A stretch of DNA of 64,000 nt, taken from NCBI GenBank assembly GCA_024704765.1, contig JAKMXF010000188.1:669715-733714 (forward strand), given 5' to 3'. The position numbers and the translations under genes were made by a program. Position 1 is the stretch's first letter. The number at the start of each line of letters is the position of its first letter. Positions 11,357 through 22,407 of this stretch are shown one piece after another. The stretch comes from Oopsacas minuta (lineage: Eukaryota > Animalia > Porifera). The notes below the pieces were generated by a model. That model did not search any database. It saw only the letters and a list, made by a program, of their open reading frames with translations, and was not told the origin of the DNA.

Positions 11357-14300
11357 ATGGCTTCAGGTGATGTGTTCACGAATATGTTCGGTAACACCTT
11401 ACTACGAATTGAAGGTGGAGTAACTAAGGAGATCGAAACATCTACTCTAATCAAAGACGGAGTAATCGCACTCTACTTTTCTGCTCATTGGTGTCCCCCC
11501 TGTCGTACCTTCACTCCTACTCTAGGTGATTGGTACAAAAAACTAACTTCTGGAAGTTTGAAAGATAAACTCGAGATTGTCTTTCTCAGCTCTGATCAGA
11601 GTGAAGAAGAGTTTAAAGACTACTACTCTAGCATGCCCTGGTGTGCTCTCCCCTATTCAGACAGGGAGAAGAAGGTTGATATTTATCTGTACTGTCATTA
11701 GCTTTATTGATTGATATATCTATTTATTTCTTAGGCTGAGCTTTCTAAGAAATTCGGTATCAAAGGTATTCCTTCTCTCATATTCCTGAACGCACAGAAC
11801 GGGAAAATAATAACACGTGAGGGGAGAGAGGTTGTGAATGAGGACCCAGAGGGGGAACAGTTCCCCTGGAAGCCAAAGTCAATTTCTGAAGTCCTCTCTT
11901 GCCTGGAAGACAAACTTGTCGACAATAAGGGAGGACAGTATAAGCTCTCTGAGATACGAAAAGATAAATATCTAGCTCTTTATATTTCAGCTCATTGGGT
12001 GGGTAGCTATATGAAATATACTGGATCCCAGTTATAAGAGACAGTAGGTCTCCGTCTAGAATACATATTCCCCTCCGGGTATGAACTTTTCGATGCCCTG
12101 ACGTCATATTCATTAGGTTCTACTGCAGTGGTTTTCCAAATGTCTTGAATTTATGATGAATATATGATGTTAGGACGGGACGCTAGGGGCGTTTGAAAAA
12201 TAAATAGGCTTAGAGACGGGTTGCGATCAAAAGCTCCGGAACACTATTCTATTGTATATTGAATTTTTGATACGTAATATAATTCTACAGTGTCCTCCTT
12301 GTAAAGTATTCACTCCTAAGCTAGTGGAGGCCTACCAGAAGCATCAGGACAAAGGTTTTGAAGTAATTTTCATATCGTTTGACAGAGATGAAGAAAGTTT
12401 TAAAGATTATTTCGAAACCATGCCATGGAAATCTGCCAATTACGCTGATGCGAACAAACTCGGACCAAAGATAGCAAGGAGATTTGGAGTGAAGGGTAAA
12501 TATTCTCTAATTTGCTTGTTTGTTGATTATTATGTGTTTATCTTTATTCATATATACATAGGTATTCCTACTCTTGTGTTAATGGATAAAAATCTTGAAG
12601 TAATTAACCAGAACGCGAGATCTTTCATAGAGCATGATGAGAAGTTTGAGGTAATAATTCGTATTTATTATATGCTGAATGATTAGCATTGATACTATGC
12701 TATATGACTTTCTAATTACAATTTATCATATATAGTGGGTATTACTTATAAGAACATATCGGTTATAAGAATATATCGGTTATAAGAATATACTTTGATA
12801 TTCCCAAGGGTGTTATCATCAGCGATAACCACTAGGCCGGATCGAGAAAAGTATACATCGTCGCTTCAACTTCTACCTAAGGCAAAAGTTGCCTTTACTC
12901 TTTTCCAGGAAAATGCGAGACATAAATTTGAAAATATTTCGAGTTGACCCTTGCAGTTTTATATTTTTGCTGTGTCACTTTCGCAAACTTGACTTTAAAT
13001 TGTCCGAATTTTCTAATTCCTTTGACTTAGCCCCTATAGATATATTATTTGGTAATAGTAAGTCGCATATTTGCTTTCGAATGATGTATTAGGCTAATTT
13101 CCATGTCCAAAGGTACTCAAGTTGTCAATATATCTTTTGCATATTCTATCATACCCTAATAATATTATCCACCCCCTTTTTTTCCGAAGATTTGCAAATG
13201 CATAATTCTTACAAAAAATAGCTATATCCTCACCAAACTTAGTATAATTCTGTATCTAGATCCAAATTCATCAATAGATTACCACAAAGAAATTTTACCA
13301 ACTTTCCTTATCTCTTGCTCTTAACTTAGTTGCCATTTATCTAGCATGGAATTTATGGTCAATTATTATATCTAAATAAAAACTCACTCAAATGACTCAT
13401 ATTATAGAGTGATTATATTCCTATAATTTATGTAATTTTGAATATGGTAGGATACACGCTTAGTATTGTAGTATTTCATCCTGTTTTTGGTTATCCTGGA
13501 CCCATCCCAGAAAATCTACTCCCGATAAAACTAGATCTATACAATCATTATAGTATGCTTAGAAATGAAGATTCTAAATCAACTAGAGATGATATAGCGA
13601 AAGAATTAACTGAGGTATTAGTGCGTATCTATAATTTGGCTTCCATACCCACAAAATCAGAGCTCCAAATATATCAGTACATCATTTCTGATATTATCGA
13701 GAGAGCTAAATATTACAGAAAAGTATCCAAAACAAGCAATATCCTGACGGTATCCAGCCTATAATTCCGAATTCAATGTCTTGTTCGACGTCTCAAGTTG
13801 CAAATGCCAAATACAAGAAGAAAAAAGTTTTGCTCTCTCGATAATATCAGAAATGATGTACTGATATATTTGGAGCTCTGATTTTGTGGGTATGGAAGCC
13901 AAATTATAGATACGCACTAATACCTCAGTTAATTCTTTCGCTATATCATCTCTAGTTGATTTAGAATCTTCATTTCTAAGCATACTATAATGATTGTATA
14001 GATCTAGTTTTATCGGGAGTAGATTTTCTGGGATGGGTCCAGGATAACCAAAAACAGGATGAAATACTACAATACTAAGCGTGTATCCTACCATATTCAA
14101 AATTACATAAATTATAGGAATATAATCACTCTATAATATGAGTCATTTGAGTGAGTTTTTATTTAGATATAATAATTGACCATAAATTCCATGCTAGATA
14201 AATGGCAACTAAGTTAAGAGCAAGAGATAAGGAAAGTTGGTAAAATTTCTTTGTGGTAATCTATTGATGAATTTGGATCTAGATACAGAATTATACTAAG

Positions 14301-16326
14301 TTTGGTGAGGATATAGCTATTTTTTGTAAGAATTATGCATTTGCAAATCTTCGGAAAAAAAGGGGGTGGATAATATTATTAGGGTATGATAGAATATGCA
14401 AAAGATATATTGACAACTTGAGTACCTTTGGACATGGAAATTAGCCTAATACATCATTCGAAAGCAAATATGCGACTTACTATTACCAAATAATATATCT
14501 ATAGGGGCTAAGTCAAAGGAATTAGAAAATTCGGACAATTTAAAGTCAAGTTTGCGAAAGTGACACAGCAAAAATATAAAACTGCAAGGGTCAACTCGAA
14601 ATATTTTCAAATTTATGTCTCGCATTTTCCTGGAAAAGAGTAAAGGCAACTTTTGCCTTAGGTAGAAGTTGAAGCGACGATGTATACTTTTCTCGATCCG
14701 GCCTAATAACCACTGTATTGTCATTTCACTTCAACACTGATCATGAATGAATTAACAAATCCGGATACGTATTATACGGTATTGCTTTGAATAAGTGCCG
14801 GGGGTAGCACTACACGAAATAAGTAACCGCCAGAGCGCTTATTCAGAGCAATACGAAGGGCATTAGGATCGTACGATCACGATCGCGATACTTTTTTGAC
14901 GATCTGGCGACGATCGGCAACCATTGTTTTATTAAGGATCGGATGTAAGATCGCAATCCTTTTTTGCACAAAAATTTTCGATCATATTTTCGATCATTTT
15001 TGTACTTTGAATGCTACTATCATTAGCGTTTTGTATACTTAGGTTATTGTTCCAAATTTGTGTTCAACAATCAGTAATATTCGTTCGTAGAATGCGTTGA
15101 TTCTCCACCTAAGTTTCTTTTGGCATAAGAAATGATGTAACTATCAAAAATATATGTCTTGAATATTACACAAACGATCGGAAAAATGATCGAGATCGGG
15201 ATCGCGATCGTTTTGAGATAAGGATCTTGATCGGGATCGCGATCTTGTTTAACACGATCGACTAATGCCTTAGTAATACGTTACACTAATAACGCTATTT
15301 GTAATATACAATTGACAACAGCTATCTCGAACACAAAGAGCAGTTCAACTGTAATCCAAATATTATAAGTATAGGATGCTGATTTCTCTTTAGAGTTCGA
15401 GTTAGGGAAGTACGTATATCTGAACCCTGCATAGCAGTATTCCTTAATTTTATTTACTTATAGAATTTTCCATGGAGTGCTAATATCTGTACTACTCTCA
15501 ATTCTGAAAAGGATTTTGCTTATCTAGTTAGTCACCCAGCTGTTCTCTACACAGTATCAGGTGAGTAGTAGCAATAGACCATTTGGATCGATTCAAAAAA
15601 GGTAAAGTGTAATCTCGTTTGAGTAATTCCATCTTTCCCCAAAGGTTAACGCATGTTACCTCTATATCCCTATTGTCATGTCTACCTACCTACCTCCACC
15701 TCCTCTGCATTTAAGAATACATAATATATTCTCCAATCTTTAAAATTATAACTTTATTGAGTATTGGGCTACTGTTATTTATAGAGATTCAGCTCCACCC
15801 CCGCATCTGATTTAGCCTACTAATAATCAATATACTCAGTGTAATTCAGCTATTGGGTGTATAAGCTAGTTAAGAATACAATAGAGATGACGTCTAGAAT
15901 ATTATAATATTAAAATTGACATTTATATATTTTATGAATGAACCAATTTTCCCGTTGATTGTCACAAAATAAATAATTTTGTAATTAATCCTTCCTACCT
16001 TTCATACACATATTTATCAAACAGATGAATCGAAGTTTAACGAAGCTATGCAAATCCTGGATGCTGTCAGTAAGAAATTCATTGCTAACAAACCTCGGGA
16101 CGCAATAATCAATTTCTTCTGCTATGTCGATGACGAAAAGGCTAACAGTGCATGTAAGGAGTTCTTCCACAAGGGGTGTGGTGGTGTAGCAAATCAGGTG
16201 TTTATAATAGACCCTCAAGAGCAGATGAAGAACAAAGAACCTATCACAAAACTAGATGTGGACTCAATCTACACTCAAGCAATGTCGTACATTGAGGGAG
16301 AGCTCGATATGGTTAAAGTCGACTAA
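11357..16326 (+). CDS. NXN: Nucleoredoxin-like thioredoxin-family protein (two WCPPC domains plus a third non-catalytic domain)
   Basis: Six exons join in frame: 11357-11674, 11735-11998, 12291-12495, 12562-12650, 15464-15560, 16025-16326. Motifs [42 protein letters not shown], then ALYISAHW|[28 protein letters not shown]. Confidence 0.9.
12833..14705. mobile_element. 1,873-bp palindromic hAT-derived element: 874-bp inverted arms with a 125-bp spacer, in NXN intron 4
   Basis: Arms 12833-13706 and 13832-14705 are symmetric (both coordinate pairs sum to 27,538) and I found no mismatch by eye. Termini TAGGCCGGATCG and CGATCCGGCCTA; perfect 8-bp TSD ATAACCAC at 12825-12832 and 14706-14713. The mirrored ORFs 12889/14446 and 13438/13759 in the track arise from this symmetry. 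Confidence 0.95.
13438..13830 (+). pseudogene. N-terminal fragment of a hATm-like transposase (frameshifted, truncated)
   Basis: [24 protein letters not shown]...[20 protein letters not shown] resembles, from recall, the hATm-type N-terminus (PxFGxP...LPTxxDV..YY...EV..IWxxASIPT). In the +1 frame, 13781-13807 reads LFDVSSCKC, resembling the LFDI(A/S)xCKC motif that follows it in those proteins. Family assignment needs a profile search. Confidence 0.65.
14856..15272. mobile_element. hAT-like MITE with CGATC-rich subterminal repeats in NXN intron 4
   Basis: Ends AAGGGCATTAGGATCGT and ACGATCGACTAATGCCTTA; flanks GCAATACG (14848-14855) and GTAATACG (15273-15280), a 7/8 TSD match. Dense GATC/CGATC motifs near both ends. 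Confidence 0.75.
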
Positions 16327-16655
16327 GTAAATTCTACCAAATATATATGTATGCGAGTGGTATTTCCTTTTAGTTAGCGGAGTGTATAGATATACTTTAT
16401 TTGAAGCTTATATTCTATCTAGTAGCTAGGCAACGTATAGTTTTTACCTAGCTTATATTTTCTGGAACTTTAATCATATATTAGACTTAGTGTTATCGTG
16501 TGTATTTAGGCCTTAATCTGTCTATTGATGAATTAGTTGAGAGTAGTTATGCATATATTTGGATATATTAGATTAAGGAAATTGTAGAAACTTCCAAATT
16601 GTATTGGAATTATAATATAAACAGTGGAAGTTATCAACTAATCATGTATTACCAC

Positions 16656-16717
16656 CAGGGTTGCTGTGGGAATGTGATGGGAATGGGAATTGAAATTCCT
16701 TTCCCACGGCAACCCTG
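16656..16717. mobile_element. Minimal hAT-like MITE, 62 bp
   Basis: TIRs CAGGGTTGC and GCAACCCTG; flanks ATTACCAC and ATTGCCAC (7/8). Confidence 0.65.
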
Positions 16718-18028
16718 ATTGCCACTTCTGTAGTATGTTCAAATATCATATGGTTTGTTTTCCGATAAATATATGACAAGCATTAAGTTAAACTGGATAT
16801 ACAGTGTTTTTGACTATTTCTTTACTAGCAACTCGTATTTTGATTTACGATATATTTGTGGCTTTGATTCATGTACTTTTTAGTAGTATGTATTTTTAAC
16901 AAAGTTTTTAAGCGATGCGACCTAATGTTGTGTTCAGAGGCTTAGCTAGGGTGCGACACATTAAATTACGTGTGCTCACCAAAATGAAATTGAAATGTAT
17001 TACGGATGCGGCCAGTAGCTCATATGACTGAGGTTGTTGTCAAAAATCCGGGAGGGGGCTTGTAAAATCAAAAGTGATAAATTCAGGCAAATATCCTGGA
17101 AATCGAGCATTTTCAGGGAAATTCTGGGGGAATACCCCCGGATTCCTTAGAGGGAACACTGGATGCGGAATTTCCGTACCTGCGCCACTTTGTTGCACCT
17201 ATTCCGCACTATCGTGTGGTCCTAGCTACGCCTCTGTCTCCACCTTCTGCTCCTAATTCCTAATATGTTACATAATTCTATAAATGAAAGACTCACAGCT
17301 TTATGTGGTATAGCGTGCCCTACGTAGAGCACAGATAGAGAAATTGAAGGTATAAATGATGCCACCAGTGACAATCTAGTATTAATTAGTATTGGAATAT
17401 CAATCAAACTGATAACTATTTTCTTATGAAAATATTCGAATTCAGATTCAATCGTGAGTTACTGGCTCCTAAACGTCCTTATTTACGTGTGTCTGCCTAA
17501 GTGAATTTCGGACCACAACAGTATTAAATGCTGAATTACAATTTTTACTGTACAGACTAATACAATTACATTGTATAGTGGCTCAGTTCAAAAATGGTTG
17601 ACTTAGTACAGCGGTTCCCAACCTGGGGTTCATGGACCCCTTGGTCTTTAGTGATCCACGGAAGATGCCAGGGGGTCCACAGAATGTGTTTGTTTTTACA
17701 ATTGGGCATAAATGCATAAAATTAGTTCTGGTGGAGTGTTTGTAATTTAATTAGAACTGGAATGTATTTGTATTTTCTTAGTTAAAATAGATATAGCATA
17801 ATTTCAATAATCCACTAAAATTAATTCGGTAAAATTTAAGTCGGCACCAGTCGGTGATTTTATGGTTCAAAATGATTCTTATTATTTTAGGCCAAAATCT
17901 ACCATATTTGGGTGTTTATGTGTTGGGATAACTACACTCATTATCCTTACATACAAATATCTATGTAATACTCTCCTGTGTTTGTTTATCACTTTATCAC
18001 TTGCCACTGAATTGTCACTCCACAAGTT

Positions 18029-20293
18029 TTGTTCAATTTATACCCAAAATTAAGATTGTTCTATCGCTCGTATATTAGCAAATTGACATTATTATCAATG
18101 TCTAGTACCTCACACGCGTATCCACAGAGCTCAAGTCCAGCTGATCTGAGTGATGTTCATATTCTGCATAATGCTCAGTTATTAGTAAAAGAACCATGGA
18201 CTGCAAACAATGAAGGTATATCTCGAGGTGCTAAAATAAAATGGCTTGCTCAAATATGTCGTGGTAGAAAATTACAAAAAGATGCATTTATATTGAATCC
18301 TAATTGGCAAGAGGATATTCTCGTAGAGGTGCGTATCCTTCAAAAGCTCCAGCACACTTCTCTCTGCCACTATTTAGGTTTATTCTTCCCACCTGGTTCT
18401 ACCAGTCAGAAGATGCCTTATTTTGTATACGAGAATATTGGGTATCCGTTAAATCTGTACTTATATGAGAACGGGGCCGAACTACAGCCCCGAGTAAAAT
18501 CCGGTATTGCACTTGATATTTGCTCTGGCTTATCTTTCCTACATAGTAGGCAGGTGGTGCATCGTGGTATGTGTCCGGAAGCAGTTAACATTTATCAGAG
18601 CGGAGATTTCATGCGAGCTAAGATTACAGATCTCGGTGTAGCACGGTGTATTTCTGTGACAGCTCAACTTATTGGGAGCAAACATCAACCTTATATACCC
18701 TTAGAAGGTAAGGATCCAGACTATACACTACAACCTTCATGGGATGTGTATTCGTTTGGTATACTAGTTCTAGAATTATTAACTCAAGAAAAACCGCTAG
18801 GAGTAGAGACATTTATCGTGGATCCACAAACAAAGCATCAAGATGAAAAGTTCATTAAAGTTAGTCCGACTGAGCACATCCATATGTTACTTAGAATTGT
18901 TATGAAGGTACCAATGTATGTGCAGTATGGTTATCTAATACAAGAGTGTGTAAAATCTGATTATCAAAATAGGCCACTTACGATGTTTATTTTAGAAAAA
19001 ATACAAGAGATGCCAATTCAACAAGAAATGTTAAAAAACCAACTCAATCAAAGAGGTCCTACCAAAACAAACACTTTACCCTCCCCCTTACAGATTGATA
19101 AACAAGATAACGTTCCTAAATATGACGATCATATGCAGTATACTCTTTTGCAGTCTCCTTCTACTAACGGAACTACCAGTTTTGTGAATCCTATGACAAT
19201 AACAGATAATTTGAATTTATCAATGAACCACAAAATAGCACAAGATAACTTATTGAAACGATCTCTTTCAGAAGATGTAAGTGAATCTGTTGATAAGAGT
19301 ATTGGTCAGATTAGAAGGATGTCTGCACATTCTCAGGAGCATGATCATGTAGTTAACGAAGCAGAAGATTTCATATATTTATCACAATATCTAAGAGATA
19401 ATAGACATAGAAAATTACCGACCACGTTTGGACGTTGTATAGCATTAATCCACGACAACAAATTAGTATTATATGAGATAACTCAGGGAGAAATGTATGT
19501 CCTGGAGCCGAAAACGCAACAATGGAATGTTTTAGCCGACAAAATGCCCGTACGTCTGGGCGGGATCTGTGTGTATGGATCTAGGTTATATGTATTAGGC
19601 GGGTTTATAAAATCTAAAGGTGGATATGAAAATGCTGAGCAAAACAAACATATTTTCTGGTGTAAAATGACTGATAAAGATAATAAAGTTGTTCGATCAG
19701 ACCTTCCTGATACGTTATACTGCCATAAAGTGCCCTCTGTTGCTGTCTATAATGACTTCATACTTGTTATAGGAGGTGATACAAAGCGCAATTCTATTGA
19801 GGTCTACGACCCTAGACATGACCATTGGTACTTAAACACGTATATACCAAGCGACTCCAGAGGCAGTTTGGTTATAATGTCAGCTTGTGTTCGCGAAAAT
19901 TTATTATATCTAGCTCTGACTGATGAAAGGTCTCCTCCTACGTATATGTACAGTAGTTGTCTAGACACACTGTCTCAAGTTAAGAATAACACTCTAACAT
20001 GGAACAGATTCAATTCGCGAATACCTACTTGTAGTCCTAGACTAATTAGTTCAAAGAGTAAGATGTATGCTGTGGGAGGTGGTGGAGATTTCTCACGAAC
20101 TTCCTATGCTAAAGATGTGTATGGTTGGGATGAAGATGAGGATACCTGGGTGAAGACGACCTCTCTGAAGCAGGAGAGGAAATGCTGTGGAGTGTGCACT
20201 TTATTTGATGGGTCTATCTATGTTGCAGGGGGGAATTCGTACATGGAAACTCCTGATTACTTAGATATACAAGAGCTAGCGTTAATTCATTAA
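18029..20293 (+). CDS. Single-exon protein-kinase-fold (probable pseudokinase) plus C-terminal Kelch beta-propeller; likely start at ATG 18098 (MSSTSH)
   Basis: Kinase subdomains EVRILQKLQHTSLCHYLGL, IALDICSGLSFLHSRQVVHRG, AKITDLG, WDVYSFGILVLELLT; Kelch repeats RLYVLGG, ILVIGG..NSIEVYDP..DHW, MYAVGG..DTW, IYVAGG. The 754-codon ORF is uninterrupted. Confidence 0.88.
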   Translation: MFNLYPKLRLFYRSYISKLTLLSMSSTSHAYPQSSSPADLSDVHILHNAQLLVKEPWTANNEGISRGAKIKWLAQICRGRKLQKDAFILNPNWQEDILVEVRILQKLQHTSLCHYLGLFFPPGSTSQKMPYFVYENIGYPLNLYLYENGAELQPRVKSGIALDICSGLSFLHSRQVVHRGMCPEAVNIYQSGDFMRAKITDLGVARCISVTAQLIGSKHQPYIPLEGKDPDYTLQPSWDVYSFGILVLELLTQEKPLGVETFIVDPQTKHQDEKFIKVSPTEHIHMLLRIVMKVPMYVQYGYLIQECVKSDYQNRPLTMFILEKIQEMPIQQEMLKNQLNQRGPTKTNTLPSPLQIDKQDNVPKYDDHMQYTLLQSPSTNGTTSFVNPMTITDNLNLSMNHKIAQDNLLKRSLSEDVSESVDKSIGQIRRMSAHSQEHDHVVNEAEDFIYLSQYLRDNRHRKLPTTFGRCIALIHDNKLVLYEITQGEMYVLEPKTQQWNVLADKMPVRLGGICVYGSRLYVLGGFIKSKGGYENAEQNKHIFWCKMTDKDNKVVRSDLPDTLYCHKVPSVAVYNDFILVIGGDTKRNSIEVYDPRHDHWYLNTYIPSDSRGSLVIMSACVRENLLYLALTDERSPPTYMYSSCLDTLSQVKNNTLTWNRFNSRIPTCSPRLISSKSKMYAVGGGGDFSRTSYAKDVYGWDEDEDTWVKTTSLKQERKCCGVCTLFDGSIYVAGGNSYMETPDYLDIQELALIH

Positions 20294-22407
20294 AAAGTTA
20301 AAGAATGAAGGAAAATTTCATTTGAATAGCTTTCATAAAATATATTAAATGGGAGGAATTTATTCTAGTAATTAATAAAGTAACAATGTATCATATCTAC
20401 ACCAAAACTCAACTCTCGATAAATATTAATCTCTACTACAATCCTATCTCTAAGTGGTGCTATATGTCAGATAGCTACTACTTGTGAACCCTAATGCATT
20501 GATATATACAGTTGTGTGTTTGTGCGTTTTGGGTAATGTTTGTAGTGATTTTATTTATTTTAGAACCATATATTGTTCGTATGTTTGTACGATTCATATT
20601 AAACACTCCCATTACTTGATTCCTGGGATGAGGATATATGTTATACCTTATCATGATTCCTAAAAAAATCAGTTTACCTTGACTAGCTGTTTGTGTTTAT
20701 GGACTTATTTACAACAAAACAAGTTTCGCATTCCGTTTTTTTTGGCGGGACGTGCCGATTTTCGAACTTGTATTGAGGGCCAATGAGGCTAATGTCCCGC
20801 TAAAACTTACAAAAGCCTAATTGTCTAGCTTTTTTGTAGTCCAGCCTCATACCCCTATATGCTACGTCTTACGATATCCCCCTATATTAGTAGTACACAA
20901 TGCGTCTCACTTTTTTCTTTATTCAGGCTGGCAAGTATGCACCCGATAACTTAGGGGAAATCCAATTTGTTCGAGATAACGAATGTACGAGTTAACGGGC
21001 ATTTGAGTTACCGGATGTTGACTGTATTAATCATCTCACATTTGTTTTCAAAATCAAACGAAATATCTCTGTGCCAACTTGGGTCCATTGCGTTTTCTTG
21101 ATATCTCCTAATCCGCTAAAGTTAAGACTACGAAAATGTATTAGTGTTTGATGGGAAGTTACATGTTGAGAGTCGATTGATCATACTGCCTTATCCAAAA
21201 TATTTGCGGAATGTGAATTATGTGGTTTTCACACCTTTCCACATTTATGTTGATTGTGTCGTAATATCTCTTCTAATTTGAGCGCTAGACATCATAAATG
21301 TGTAATTAGACAATGGAGATCCATAGGTAACGACTCCTTCAGTCAGATTTCCATATCTCAAAGCAAGGCCTGAATTTTGGACTAGGGATGTTGTTGTCGA
21401 CCGAGGTATTTATTTGATGTTTCTATATTGTAGAAACGGCGTTTGTTTGCCCGAATAAATGTATTGCACATTTGTAGTACAACAAATTATCAACCATTAT
21501 ATGCTAAAAAATCTCTGGAATGTGCCAAAATATTTGTCTAGTAATCATTTATTTGGTAATTATGTTATTGTTTAATAGCTTGTAATGGCCCGTATAAAGT
21601 TAAATATTGCATCTTTCATTTCGAATTGACTTATGAAAAGATCTTATAAACTATTATACAATATATGGAAAGGTTGTTATCATTGGTTCGTTATTGAGTT
21701 ATAGTAGGGATCGTTGATGATACACTCTCAGTCTCAGTATCCTCTAAATAAGGTTTCGACCCAATAAAATACTGATGCATTTCGCGATAACCTTATGTAA
21801 AGTGAAAAATACAAATTGACAAAATCCTTTATTGAGATTTCACCCACAACAATCATGGCTGATAATTTGAAATATGTGGCAGCTCAAATAAAACAAAAGA
21901 TTTCAGAATTTGTTAACATTATTACAAACTTCGTAGCAGATACAATGAATATTTGAGTTTGCGAAAACCAAACATTGGCACTGCCTCTTTCGTTAAATGT
22001 ACACAGATGTAAATCAAGAATCAAAGAGCTTATTAATATAAATACAATCTTTTTATCAGATTGTATTTTGGCAGTTTTGTATTTTACCTTGAAATGAATG
22101 ATAACATATTTAACATTATCCACAGCTGCAAAGTATCAAAGAAGGTGCTAATTACCAACTAAATTCTTTCTCTACGAAAATGGGCATATTCCTGTCATGT
22201 TTAATATGGACCAAAATTGTTCTACAAATATTTAATGGCATAATACACTGTTTCCGCAATATAGAAGCCACTAATAAAATACTTTCATCTTCCACTCCAC
22301 CCTTACTGAATTCCACTCGTTACTCTGAGGCCTTATATGTTTTGAATTAGTCCTTATTAATTGAATCCTGTATTTCATACACATTTAGTTATAGCCATTA
22401 AACAAGC

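Larger units (their letters stand above)
12733..14715. mobile_element. Small pogo-like MITE split by the palindromic hAT insertion
   Basis: Left end TA|TAGTGGGTATTACTTATAAG near 12731-12752. The right end ...GATAACCAC|TG|TA resumes after the insertion; its reverse complement is TACAGTGGTTATC. A related end, TACAGTGGGCATTGCTTATAAG, occurs at about 60704. Confidence 0.45.

Noticed and set aside
12889-14724. Duplicated small ORFs 12889-13092 and 14446-14724 as genes
   Set aside because: They are mirror images produced by the palindrome and show no recognisable protein features.
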